The notes under the pieces are model-generated. The model was given only the letters and a program-made list of their open reading frames with translations. It had not been told where the DNA came from and searched no databases. Position numbers and translations under genes: made by a program. From assembly GCA_965202585.1 (NCBI GenBank), contig OZ241830.1, positions 66,960,001 to 67,024,000 on the forward strand: a stretch of 64,000 bases of DNA, in the 5' to 3' direction. The stretch is from Thalia democratica. Taxonomy: Eukaryota. Of the stretch, positions 1 to 12,700 are shown piece by piece; the stretch's first letter is position 1, and each line of letters opens with the position of its first letter.

Positions 1-1598
1 TTTATTTTTCATGTCCTGAAAAAGTTACTAGTTCTTATATATTATATCAAATATATCAGACCACTTTCCACTTTATATTAAACTGAAAAGTTGCAGTTTT
101 ATTTCAAATAACCTATAGAATAAGAATAAATAAATAAATATTAAAAACTTATCAAGAATTAACACTAATAAACTTTTTACTGATGCTACTCAAGTTTTCA
201 ACAAATATGAAACAGATAAAATTATTAAATCTAAAAATTCCATAGATACCAAATTTAATTACTTAAAAAAGAAAGTTAAAGAGATTACTGACCAAAATGT
301 TCCAACTAAAAAAAAATTCCAAAGCTAAATTAAAATCTAAACCCTAGATAACAAAAGAAATACTAAAGTCTATTAGAAGAAAAAGTAACTTATTTAAAAA
401 CGTTTTCAAAAATAATTTTAATAACCCAGTTAAGTTACAAGAATACAAAATATACAGAAATAAACTTACAAAACCAATAACTAATTATAAAAAAGCATAC
501 TATGAAAACATTATAAAAAATTCATACAAAAATACATCTAAAGTTTGAATGTAGTAAATAACATCATTAGTAGACAGAAGAAAGACAGCCATTTTCCACA
601 TAGATTAAATGTGGATCAAAAATCTTACACAAAACCATTAGACATAGTAAAAACACTTAACATTCATTTTTTTAACATTGAAAAGCAAACATCAACAAAA
701 AAGATAACCCACTAGGTTTAACTGACAATCTCAAAAACGTTAGGAATAGTTTTTTTTTTTTGTCTGGTGTTACAGAAACTTTAGTATTTAATATTATAAA
801 GAGTTCAGATCTAAACAAAGCTAGTGGTGAAGATTGTATATCTATAAAGACCCTTAAGAAAGTAAACAATCTTACATCCCCATTACTAAGCAAATAAATT
901 AACCAAGCATTTTATGAAGGTGTTTATCCAAGTAACCTAAAACTCGCAAAAGTACAACCAATTTTTAAATCAGGGTTAAAACCTTTACCAGGAAATAATG
1001 GACCCGTTTCACTTCTATCTAATTTAAATAAAATAATTGAAAAAGTAATCTATAATCACCTGTATAGTTTTTTTTCTAAAAATAAAATTTTTAACAATTC
1101 TCAGTTTGGCTTTCGACAGAATCATCCTTGTCTGAATTTGTCGAAGGGGTTATTTCCAATTTTGATAAAGGAAACGGAGTTTGTGCAGTCTTTTTGGATT
1201 TAAGTAAAGCATTTGATAGTGTAGATAAAAATATCTCACTAAGGAAATTGGAATGTTATGGTGTGAGAGGAAATATGCATCTACTAATCAGCTCATATCT
1301 AGATGGAAGGAAACAATTCGTTAGCTTTGGAGGATATGAGTCAACCTGTGAAAACAGTGAAGTTGGGATACCACAAGGCTCAGTATTAGGACCGTTGTTA
1401 TTCCTAATACCTATAAATGACTCAGAGAATAATACAAGTCTTAACAACCTCAACTTTGCAAATGACACAATGTTATACAAAACATATACAAAAGACACAT
1501 ATCTAAATGACAGTAAATATTTTAACATAGAACAAAAAAGGTATCAGATTATAATCAATTGTTATAAAGGTCTTTGTAACAAATTCTATAAAAAATAA
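1..1598 (+). mobile_element. Decayed CR1/L2-clade non-LTR retrotransposon ORF2 (endonuclease end, tether, RT)
   Basis: SDHFP-like endonuclease C-terminal motif near 55-80. RT N-terminal motifs AKVQPIFK and QFGFRQ at 940-1120. ORF 1128-1598 has VFLDLSKAFDSVD, GIPQGSVLGPLLF and a degenerate FAND(D). Frameshifts and stops upstream. Confidence 0.88.
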
Positions 1599-1775
1599 AA
1601 AATTGTAAAAGTAAGTGTACTAATAACTTTAATAGTATAAGAAAATATAAAAACCAAAAAAGTTAGTTTATGATTTTTTTAGAGACTGATTTTAACTTAA
1701 GAAAAGTTTTACGTTACAGTGTTTTTTAAACGAGTTAAAATTTTAATTAAAATATTTATTCTTTCAATACTTTGT

Positions 1776-1816
1776 TATGCAAACTAAGTTTCGGTCAAAG
1801 ATCTCATCAGTGCTTA
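1776..1816 (-). ncRNA. Minimal type I hammerhead ribozyme motif (Penelope/retrozyme-like)
   Basis: Minus strand reads taagca CTGATGA gatc-ttt-gacc GAAA c-tta-g-TT tgcata. Both core boxes are exact. Stem II has one mismatch, stem III is 2 bp, and stem I is 5/6 paired. Confidence 0.62.
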
Positions 1817-3199
1817 AATAAAAATTTAAAAAGATATGTAATAGTCATGAAAATAGAAAAGTATGTTACATATATACCAGACCATTTTAAAGTTTATATT
1901 ACCAAGTGTTTGGGAAAAAAACCTACAATAAAAGCCTAGTCTAAAGTGTCAAAAGTTTGGTATAGTAAACCGGTGCTGGAATGCTGACACTCATGTGGTT
2001 GCTAATCTACGGTAGTGAAAGTTGGTACGTTATTATTCTTAATTGTTCCTCCTTGTTTTTTTTCAAAACTAACTCCGTCATTCAGTACAACGTAGTGGAC
2101 ACTTTTATGCAAATAGTGTGAAAATAACCATAATTAGTTTTATAGCTGTAATTTTTTAGAGTTAATAATGTATTTATACTCAAAAACGTGTTGAAAATTT
2201 CCATCTGGTAAAAAAAACACTGGTCTTTTAGACATTAACTCTAATGATGCAATGGCTAGAGAAATGGCTTGCTTTTGAAATGAAATTACGACTGTGGACA
2301 GATGAAAATAACTACACTTTAATCCTAAACCTTGAAGCCAACCTGTTTGGCATTTGTCATTTATAAATAGACACTACATTTATTAAATTTTATACAAAAT
2401 CTTTAATCAAACTTGAAGTTTAGCAATATATCCAGTTTCAAAATATCAAAAAATATTCAAAGAATTCTACTGACGTAATCCCTACAAATATGTTACAGAT
2501 ATATTAGACCATTTTTAAGCTTGTATTACCAAAGAGTTGTGAAAAAAAACCTACAATAAAACGAAGAAAAATTGCAAAAGAAATGTTAAGTTGTTTAAAT
2601 AAGTTAATACTAATTTTGTTATATCTTTAAAAGTTATTCGCGTAGTGTAAATAGTAAAATATTTCCAACACCGTTGTTTAGTTGTTAACAAAGGCCATTA
2701 CCGTAAATAAAAGATCTCTCTTAATCTAAAAGACAGTAGAGATCAAAGATGACTTTTAATAGACAAGAACTCGTACAGTAAAATTTTGGATCAAAAAGGA
2801 AGATGCTATGCTCTTGAAAAACCAATATGTGCATTAGATTAGAGTGTTATCAAAATGGTTAGTTAAAATATACTTATTAAATATATTAATAATAAAACAC
2901 TTAAAGAAATTAAAGTTTGAAAAATAACAAGTACAATCAGTACCAAAAAAGCTTCTAGTTGTGACTTTCCTGGTTCATGTATAACATGTTCCAGCACAAA
3001 ACGAATATTGTTTTTTCGAACTTTTAGTTTAAAGTCATAGACTTCTTTAAAATTTTGTTATATAAAATGAATGTTTTTTTTTTCTTACCTAATAGATTTT
3101 AAGGTTTTTTTTTCACTACTAACTTCGTCTTTGTCAAGATAGTTCTCGTCATTTTCTTTTGTCTGTAATTTTGACATCAATTTTTTTAAATCTTATTAA

Positions 3200-4075
3200 A
3201 AAAATATTTACTGAATACCTATACAGAGTTGTAAGAATTTTTTATTAACTTGGTGCTGTACACCCGGTCTCATTCTTTTTATTTTATATCAACATCTTTT
3301 CATTGATTCAATCATCATAAAATTTCTGTTTGAGTAGTCTATACTAAAAATAGATTCACAATTTAGCATTTCCTAACAATTATATTCAAAGTATTAAATA
3401 CAGCGTCAAAATATACATTAATGTGAAATTATCTACTATCTCAGGGTTGCTTCTTTACCTGGAAAAACCTGGAATTTCAACAATTTTCACATGTTCAGTA
3501 GTAAAATTTCGATTTGACTTAAAAAACCTATCATATGAATAGAAAATTTTTGTCATCATCAAATTTTTTTTTTAATTAAAAAACATACTTAATGTAGATT
3601 TAAAGTATCTTTGCAGTGTTTTATACTATTTACCACAGTTTCTTACCTTAAACTAATGACCATCTTTAAACTAAAAACCGACCCAAAAATGTGTACTTAA
3701 AAAAACATGATAAAATGCTGAAAAAACGAGTGACAACCCTGTTATCTCTATATTTACTTGTATGGTCTACTTCTCAACTTTCATTGCCTTCTGATAAGTA
3801 CTTCTTGGAACGTTAGTTTAATGGCTCACTATGACGCTTACTCTTTTTTCTATTATTTGTTATTTCGATATTTTGAATTTGCTGTTTATTAATTTCTCAG
3901 CTGCTATCACTTGATACATACTTATTTACTGTTGTAAAACGATTTGTGGTACTTTTATCTACTTTAAAACTTTCAATAGTTTCTACTTCTGCAGCTCCTT
4001 CATTATCTGCTAAACTGATTTTACTAACTTAACTTCTGCACCTTCTGCAACTGCTGAAAAGCTGCTTCTCAGTAA
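3200..4075 (-). repeat. Dispersed repeat family X, copy A (decayed unidentified ORF), interrupted by a MITE
   Basis: Alignable by eye with 4400-4782 (direct) and 32690-33290 (inverted). Confidence 0.7.
3442..3741. mobile_element. MITE, CAGGGTTGCC-TIR family, 6-bp TSD
   Basis: TIRs cagggttgc...gacaaccctg. Flanks ctatct/ttatct (5/6). The interior is the reverse complement of the copies at 41402 and 53279. Confidence 0.85.
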
Positions 4076-4159
4076 AAGTATTAAGATAACAATTAAAAAA
4101 CTAACTAAGTAAAAATTTTAGTGTCCTAATATATATGATTCTGAAAACGTGCGGTAAAA

Positions 4160-4782
4160 TGTTTTAGTACACCGGTAAGCCGTGCCAATACTCGAAAAAA
4201 AACTTAAAACACAATTTCAACAAAACTTTAAGAAATTTTTGATATATATCTTCAATTCTTCTAAGCATGTGCATTTCAATTTCCTTTCTTGGAACATTTT
4301 TTTTGTTCATATAAGTTTCGATAACTTCCTTAGAGTGTTCTATTATCAATTATTATTACCTTATTATTTAAACCCTAGAAAAAAAAATATATACTGATTA
4401 CTTAAGAACTGTTAGAATTTATTATCAATTTGTAGTTGTTGTACACCCGGTCATATTCTTCTTCGTCTGTTTTAGCATCTTCTTAATAAGATGATCATGA
4501 AATCTCCATTTGAGTAATCTGTACTAAACTAGATTCATAGTCTAGCCTTTCCGTACTACGATATCCAGTAGTACAAAACACTAAGTCAATATCTACATTA
4601 GTCTAAATTTCACTAATATATGTATCGTTTACTATACAACATTCATCCTGATAAGTACTTTTTGGAACAATGGTTCACTATGACGCTGAGTTTTTTTTTT
4701 TACTGTTCTTTAATTTGATTTTTTGAATGTGCTGTCTATTAATTTTTTGCTGCTATCACTTGATGCATACGTATTTACTGCT
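4160..4782 (-). repeat. Dispersed repeat family X, copy B (decayed acidic/coiled ORF, possibly gag-like)
   Basis: Minus-strand reading VDIDLVFCTTGYRSTERLDYES...DEEEYDRVYNNYKLI, with the homologous reading at 33040-33230 (+). Product not identified. Confidence 0.6.
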
Positions 4783-4791
4783 TAAAAAATT

Positions 4792-5320
4792 GGAGTAGTA
4801 GTGAAATTATAAGACTACCACCAATATGTTGTTTTGGTTGATAGATCTGGTCGCTTATTAGTTCGAAATCATAAAATTATAAGGAAATATAACCCATCTG
4901 GTTGCAAATCTATAAGCAGTATCTTTTATCTAATAAAAGCAAACATAGCACTGCAGAAGTTTATTTTTTTTAGAAATGATGTAAAAAGAAATATTTCAGG
5001 AAAATGACGATGTTCTGTGCTTACAGAAGGAGATAAATGACAAAGCTGGAGATAATTATAGCAAGATTCGCAACGTGAAACCAGCTACCTTACTTTCACC
5101 TGAGGACTCGAATTGTATGGGCGTAGGCCAATGCTCTACAAAGGAGAAAATCTGCATTGTCTCGTTCAGATCTTTAAAATAAACCTGGATTTTCTGAATG
5201 AATTTTGGTGGACGATGGAGTGTCACTAGAGAATGAGCTGCGTCGTTCTGGTCGTGTGTGAAAACGGAGAAGGATTTAAGATGCCGAAAATTGTACTTAC
5301 AAACTTGTTTAAACTGTAGT
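4792..5320 (+). mobile_element. Gypsy LTR retrotransposon integrase C-terminal tail remnant
   Basis: Reads GVVVKL*DYHQYVVLVDRSGRLLVRNHKIIRKYNP and ends LRRSGRV, typical of Gypsy integrase tails. An inverted copy lies at 31925-32475. Confidence 0.72.
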
Positions 5321-7571
5321 TTGCATTATTGTTTTTATTAAGCTGATTATTTAAGCTGCTTTTCATGTTTATATAAATGTGCATTTCTCTTAAAGTTGAA
5401 TGTGTTTTAAAGTTTGAAAAGCGAACAGTAAACTAAGTTATGCAAAATTTCCAGCGTTTTTTGTCTGATCACCGATTTTTAGAACTAAAAACTGTATTTA
5501 AGTTTACAACTTCTCTTTAAATAACTTTATTTTTCTAGGTTAAAGTATCGATTATATCATTTGTAGATAAAATCTGAGGGAGATGTGTATGTATTTGTCT
5601 GGCTATAATTGTAGATTTGTATTATTAGATAACTTTATTATGTTTGTTTTTTTTTTCAGATTTAGTCATACTTGCAATTTGTTCGTTAATAAAAAATAAT
5701 CAATTAGATAATTATTTAACAACTTTTGATCAATTTAAATGAATATTATTGAAAATATATTCAAATGAATTGACTATCCGCAAATATAAAAACATAAGCC
5801 ACAAGCACATTGACAACAAACTGGCCAGATGAATAATCATTAAACATAAAACAAAAAAGACTCATCATTACTAAACAAGGACAACTGGTAAAATTGAGGC
5901 TTATTTAGTTCTCAATCTTAAATACTATATTCTTGACATTTTTTTCTTTAGTTTAGATATTTTATTAAAATCATTTTTTATATCTTTGTCACTAGTAACA
6001 AATTGAAATTCTGATTACATCTTAGTATTTTAATTATGCAGTATTGGTTAGCAAAAACTGTTGCTTTTATTAAATATATGTTGTTGAATTATTGTCATTT
6101 TTCAAGGTTCATAATAATAACCTTAACTCAAAGAAAACATTTAATAAATAATCAATTTTTAATAAACAGTATTAAGAAAAACGTTCCAAGTTAAATAATA
6201 AATTATATATTAAAGACACATTAAATTTTGAATTTTAATACAAGTTTAAAAAGACTATTTACATCGTAAAAGTTTTTAAAATCAAACTCGATCAAGTTAT
6301 AGCAATGTACAATATTAACAGCTATTGTTAAATTCATTCAAGGACGTCTATTTGGAATGCTAGACGATTTCTTAACTGTAGAATCTGTGTTTTTTGAAAA
6401 TATTACTTTCGTATAGTTAATTTAAGCAGAATATTTTACTAACTTACAAATTCAATTTTCTAACTTATAAAAAGAACTTTTGTTTATTATATCTTTTGTG
6501 TTCTAAAAATTATTTAAAACATAATTAAAAACGTAAAGCAAAACATTAGTAATAACTAAGCTATTTATTAAGCTGCTTCAGAACGCAATCTTTACCAGTG
6601 TTTCACAGCTTTTACACATATCTAACTATAATTTTATGTACGACTATTGTAGTTCTTAAAGGTGATTGGAAGGGGCCACAACTAAAAAACCGTTTTTATA
6701 TAATTGCAAATATTTATTTCTAATGAAATTATAATAAAACTAACATTTAGTTTTATAATTTTAATGCGTGTGAATAAACACGGATTTTTTGTTAACATTC
6801 TTATATCTTTCTCATAACAATTTACAAACCTTCCAAAAAAATAGTTTTTAGCACTTGGTAGTAATTGGAGTGCTATTATGTTGTGCTAAAAACGCGTTAG
6901 ATTTAAGAATTAAATACTTTTTTTACTTAAGTTCTAATATACTTATTAGTATTTTTTGATCGTTTAAATTCACCTGTAACTTTAGTACAGTGTAATGTAG
7001 TTATAATATATTATTGTGCTTTTGTAGTTCATGTAAATAAGAAATATTTTTCCATTTGATTTGTAAATATATATCCAATCTACCCTTCCTTTACCCTATT
7101 ACCCTCAAGAACCAATATATTGAGATAAAGTTGTGGCCCTTTAATCTTTTTTTAATAATTGATGTATTTTTGACCTAACCATATTTGACCATTAAAACAT
7201 TGTACAAGTACAGAAGTGATAAGAAATATAAAAAAAAGTAATTATGTAGTTTTACTCGAAACTAAACTTTTTGAAAAAATAACTTTTGAATTTAAAGACA
7301 CTTTATTAAATCTCGTAATACAACTAAGTAAATTGTTTTTTAATTAAAACAGTTATATTGCGAGTAAAAATTCGCACTTATAAACTTGATTTACGTACAA
7401 GAATTTCTTTAATAAATGTTTTATTTCTAGACTGATTGTTATAAACTTATATTTTCAAATTTATAATTGCATTAATATAAAAATTTAGGAGAAATTATAC
7501 AATTGTGTGAGTTAAGTACTTCAAATCAGTATGACTTACTTTATAACTGGCTTCAATTATTTTTACTGTAC

Positions 7572-9766
7572 CCTTAGATATCTTCTTAGTCTGTGATTAC
7601 CTTGAGGCAGTTCAAATTGGTTCCAGTAATATTTGTAATCGATCTTTAAATGGCGTCTGTTATTTATTTATATTTAAAGCATAATATAAAAACTTTTTCA
7701 TAAAATGCTTGTTTTAGCTTGAATGTTTTAAACTTAACTTAAATAACACATAAAACGTAAATCTTTAATGAAGAATTGATGTCGTTTAAAAACTAACTTA
7801 TTGGTTGCTTTAACTTTAGTTTTTATAAAAATATTTTTGAACTAACACTAATTTTAGAATTTATATAAGAAAATAGTAAACAAGTAAATACGAACTCGTT
7901 TAATGCTGTTTTGAACATGTTACGCAGCATCATATAATTTGGTTCTTGTGTGAACGCGAGTTTTCTATTAGATAAAATATCATTATGAAAGCTATTTGAC
8001 ATTTACTTACCATAATCCTCGACTGTTATAACTATTTTAAATCAAACTAAAGGCCATTTATTTGTTAAAACTCTCTGTCGGAAGTTAACAATCTATGAAG
8101 TAAAATAACAAAACTTGGAAACCATCTCTAACCTACAATAGGTGATGTATTAAGCAAGCACGTTAAATCCCAAACATAGGTTTTTAATATTTGTCGCCAT
8201 TTTTCTTTCATGAACCTTTTCATCCAAAAGTTTTTTAGACAATGCCTCAAGTCCAGACCAAGGCAATTTTGTACAGTAGAATTGAAGTAAAACATATCCG
8301 AGGCTCTCAAGATCGTCTGCTCTTGAATGATTCCAGCAGTTAGTTGCGGTAATGGACAAGTATCTGTTATAAAAAGCACAGCTACTGTTAAAATAGTTGA
8401 GTGCACTAGGTCAGGTTTAATAATTTAACAAAAAATGAAATAAAATCCACTGTATCAAAAAATACTAATTATTACATAAACTGTCTTACTGGAGAGTACC
8501 GTAGGGAGAATTACTTCTTTCCATGCGAACGTGCCTCTTGTTTCTCATGTACCTGCAAGCCAATCCGAAGTCTATAATGTGAACCCAATTGCAATTCCTA
8601 TTAGAACCCATAACGAAGTTCGCAGGTTTTATGTCCCTGTTGTACAAAAAATAACTGAATGTTTTTCTGTTGTTTAATTAAATATCTAGTAAATTATCTA
8701 ATGCTAATATTTCAACCTTCAGAAGAAATTAATATCTTAGTTTAACAACTTTATTAGAACGCTTTTCAAAGACTTTTTGTTTACTTAAATATGCATATAT
8801 TTCCTTATGCATTTCTAATTATTTAATTTAAATGTATATTCTTCTTAAACATTTATAATATTTATATTTTAGTCAACCTGTGTACAATATTGTGGTAATG
8901 AACAAATTCAATTGCGTAAATCATTTGCATTGCCAGCATTGAAATTGTTTTTGGAGTAAACCTTTGATTACAATGGTCAAACAAGTCTTTTAATGAAGGT
9001 CCCAACAGATCCATAGCTAATACATTGTATAGACCTTTTCTAATCTTTATATCCTCATCATAATACTTTACTGAAGGAACAATGGCAGGATTCAAAATCG
9101 TCTGTTTTTTATTTCAATTTAACACTAAACTATTACAATATATATGTAAGTCGTCAACTAATAAGTTATCAAACAACAACAAGGCCTTCAAACAAATATT
9201 TTTTAATGTACTAACTGTTAATTATCTGTAGGTAGACCTTGTTATTAATGTGTTAAACAATCTTTGTACAATAAAATGTTGGCAGTAAATTAATCAATAA
9301 AAAATGTTGATGTAAATTAATTTTTAGGAAATTGTGAATGACTAAAATAGCTTATGTTTGAATGACACAAACTAACCTTTCGTATGTTAGCTAAAAACTG
9401 TTGAATTTAAAACTATTCAAAGTAATAATATTTAAAAAACGTGCATAATCCCAGGTATTATCAATTTTGAAAACAAAGCTTTAAGTTTTTTTGTATGTTA
9501 AAAAGGATAAAAAATCTTAATTATAAGTACAAATCCGAATTTAAACATCAACAATATTTGATTTATAAAAAGTTTCCAACACTACTTACTCTATACAAGT
9601 GATACTCTTTTCGAAGCATAGATGCTCTGTTACGACAGCGTTCTAACTTTATTGCAACTTCAACCATGGTTTCCTCATTTCTTCCCACGTAAACCACTCC
9701 ATAACTCCCTCTGCCAATGTGCTCGACCAACTCATATTCTCCTACTCTTTCTCCAACCAGTGCCAT
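7572..9766 (-). CDS. Casein kinase 1 family Ser/Thr kinase gene, at least 6 exons, with an in-frame TAA in exon 4 (possible pseudogene or nonsense allele)
   Basis: GT-AG, phase-compatible exons: 9766-9590, 9101-8878, 8636-8490, 8363-8133, 7964-7896, 7656-about 7601 or 7572. Motifs IGRGSYG, VAIKLE, MDLLGPSL, HRDIKPAN, IDFGLA, SRADDLESLGY, LPW, then KLAFTQEPNY and DYKYYWN. TAA at 8152-8150. Confidence 0.88.
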
Positions 9767-12700
9767 TGTTTATTGCTTTGTCACAAAAACAAAATATTTA
9801 TAACACCTGAGAGTAAAATTCTGGTGAAACTTTTTGTTACACTCTACTTTTAGAAACAGCTAAAAAAAATTTTTACAAATAAAAAATTATGTAGTATAAA
9901 AAAAAATTCAGTATGTTAGTTACATTTTGTTGTTTAAACACAACTGAAACATTATAATAAATCTTTTTGAAAACAGAATAAGCAATTGAAAAACATTTTT
10001 AATCACAGCATATGATTATTTATCCTTCTATTTCAGTGAAACTACAATCTTTAGATGTTTATTGAGTTTAAATCTGATTAAAACAAACATAACTTTGTTT
10101 TAATTTTAATTAATTTAATAACAACTGTAATATAAAAAAAGTAAACATGTAACATAGGAAGCTCAATATCTAAAATAGTAAAAGGTATAGAAAACTTCTA
10201 CAACTTTTAACACTAAGCTAAAAATATTCAAATAACATGAGAGATAAAATACTTATAGATACAATTTAAAGTTGTTTAATTTAAGGCAAGATTACTATTT
10301 AACTTGAAAATGACTTTTATAAAACAAAACAGACATAATTAGACACAAATGTAACGACAGTGCTGCAAACTCTATGATACTGTTTCTTGTGAATAACATT
10401 GTTAAAAAAAATATAATACGAAATCATAACTCTTAGTAAAAATATATAAAGATACCGTCTAAGTATCAAATAATCAAAGATAAAAGCTTTATTTGAGGAA
10501 AAACAAAAGTGTATACATTAGTTTACTTATATCAAAACTAGGTTACTAATAAAGTCAATATTATTTTTATGGTAAAAGATGTGGGAAATCTTTTAATAAC
10601 TACTATAACAAAAACATTTGTTTTTTATCAACTAGTATACACAAATTTTATGTAAAAAACAGTAAATTAAGTCGTAATACTTATAGTCAAAATAAAAAAC
10701 TAAATCAAGAATTTTGTTGGCCTTACTTGATACTTTTACAAAAATTAAAAACAGATATCGAACGATTTTTGTATACTAGCTTAAAGTTAATGTTTAAGTA
10801 GTAATATAAAGTGCGAGATTTACGTTACAAAAATAATTTTTTTGAAAAACACTACGTTAATTTTTACCAACTTTTGTTACATATTTTATATAAAAAAGGT
10901 AAGTTCAATACTGTAGCTAATGTTTTTTACAGAACTCGTGCATATTTTATGAAATTAATCAATCTTATTTAGAACTAACCAAGTTTTCAGTTTATATTTT
11001 TAATTTACTTACAATTTCCAAAGTATGCATGGTACTAAATTTATATTTGTTTTTCTTACTTGACTTAAACAATACATCAAATTTTGCATAAGTTTTTTCT
11101 TTCTTTAAATTTAAATTTACTTCTAAATAAAAAACTTAGTCAAGTACTTACAAATTTATGCTTAATCTTTACATATAACCTTTTTTTAAAAACTTAAGTA
11201 TCTAATGTAAGTATTGTAAATATCTAAAAATATAAAACTTTTAGCATGTGCTTAAACTAATAACATTTTCTGATGTGATAGTTGTATTTAAATTTTTCAT
11301 GTCTTTGATTTCAGCTTTTTAAACTAGTTTAATTAAATTTTAAATCTTTGTTTAATAAAATAAAATTAAGGTTTAGATATTAAACCCAAATATTTTGAAG
11401 TTTATTTAATTTTGAATATTGAGTTTAGAAAGCTCAAAAACAAAATATAAATTATTTCGTATATTTTTAATAGTTATACAAAAAAAACTGTATTGGTGAA
11501 CAACATTTTAATACTTATGGATGAAAATAAAATACTTAAAAAATTATATATTTTTTAAAAGTTAGTTTATAAACATAAGTCTGAGTAATAATACGTTGCA
11601 ACAATAGTATTACTAGACTAAAATTTTTTATATTTACTACGGAATATTAAAAAAAAATGAATAAAATTTCATCTTTTTTGCTTACTTACGTACATGTTGG
11701 ATACTCAAGAAGGTGAAAATTGTAAAGATCTTGTATTGTATGTATTTGTACTGTTATACTTTAGTTTTTAAAGAATACAGTTGTAACTTTTTGTTATTTT
11801 TTTAATATAAAATACTACATATTGTTACTAACTGTTTCCGCTTAAAATTAAATTATTAACGAACAAGTTTAAGTAATCAGTAAATAAAATACTTATACAT
11901 AATACTGACTTGGTTTAGCTTTTTTGAATATAATCAATTTCGTATATAACCCTTCTTTAAGCAATAAAGTAGAAACGTATTAAATTCTTTTTACTTTAAT
12001 AAAATACTATATATAAAATATATATGGGTTTTGATATTTTGTAAAAAGTGTCTGTAGTTGACTATTTTTTGTAAAATCTATTAACTTAAAATTTTCGATA
12101 TTAAGACTAGATGCTGATTATCAGGTTATTAAAATGTCTAGAGATTAGATCCTTTGAAAGAGCCTAATCCTTCCCGCCAACCAAAAGTTGTGCCCGCGAA
12201 ATATTGTTTAGCTTGAAAACTATTTCTAAAAATCATACAAATTCTGAAATTAAAAAAAAAATATATGTGCAAAGTATTATTTTAAGATTTTTAAGAACAG
12301 ATTTAAGAACAATTTTAAAAACATATTTATGCTTTTTAAATGATTTTTTCATTACTTTTTTTCTTTTAAAATGCTACTTTAGTGTTTTTGGATTTTGTTT
12401 TTTTCAAAATGAATACTTTTTGCGATTTATTTTTCTAACAAGTCTGGTTAAGAAAAAGCCTTTTTAGTAAACTTAAGCCGCCGACTAAAACGTTGTCAGC
12501 CCCATTTTGCATGGGATGTATCTAACAACCCAAAACTCTGCAAAAAAATGATCCTTACAAAACTTAAACTCTTTTAAGTGTGTTCTTGTAACTATAACTA
12601 ATAGCTTTAAAAATTAATCTGTTCTTAACACCAAAATTTTGGTTGTTTCATAAATTTGAAAAAATTTGTCAAAAAGTTACTTAATATAACTGTGTTCATA

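Noticed and set aside
672-1528. Minus-strand ORFs 672-893 and 1256-1528, and similar shadows at 42923-43117, 44151-44345, 37956-38449 and 60399-60746
   Set aside because: These are antisense shadows of real TE or gene frames.
8150-8152. Alternative genetic code (TAA read as sense) to explain the kinase stop
   Set aside because: The claudin (TAG) and Reeler (TAA) genes terminate normally, and their exons contain no internal stops.
12130-12570. Repeat-like block with GC-richer ends and ORF 12204-12467
   Set aside because: It is probably a MITE relic, but TIRs and TSD could not be defined. The ORF is a low-complexity AT artefact.
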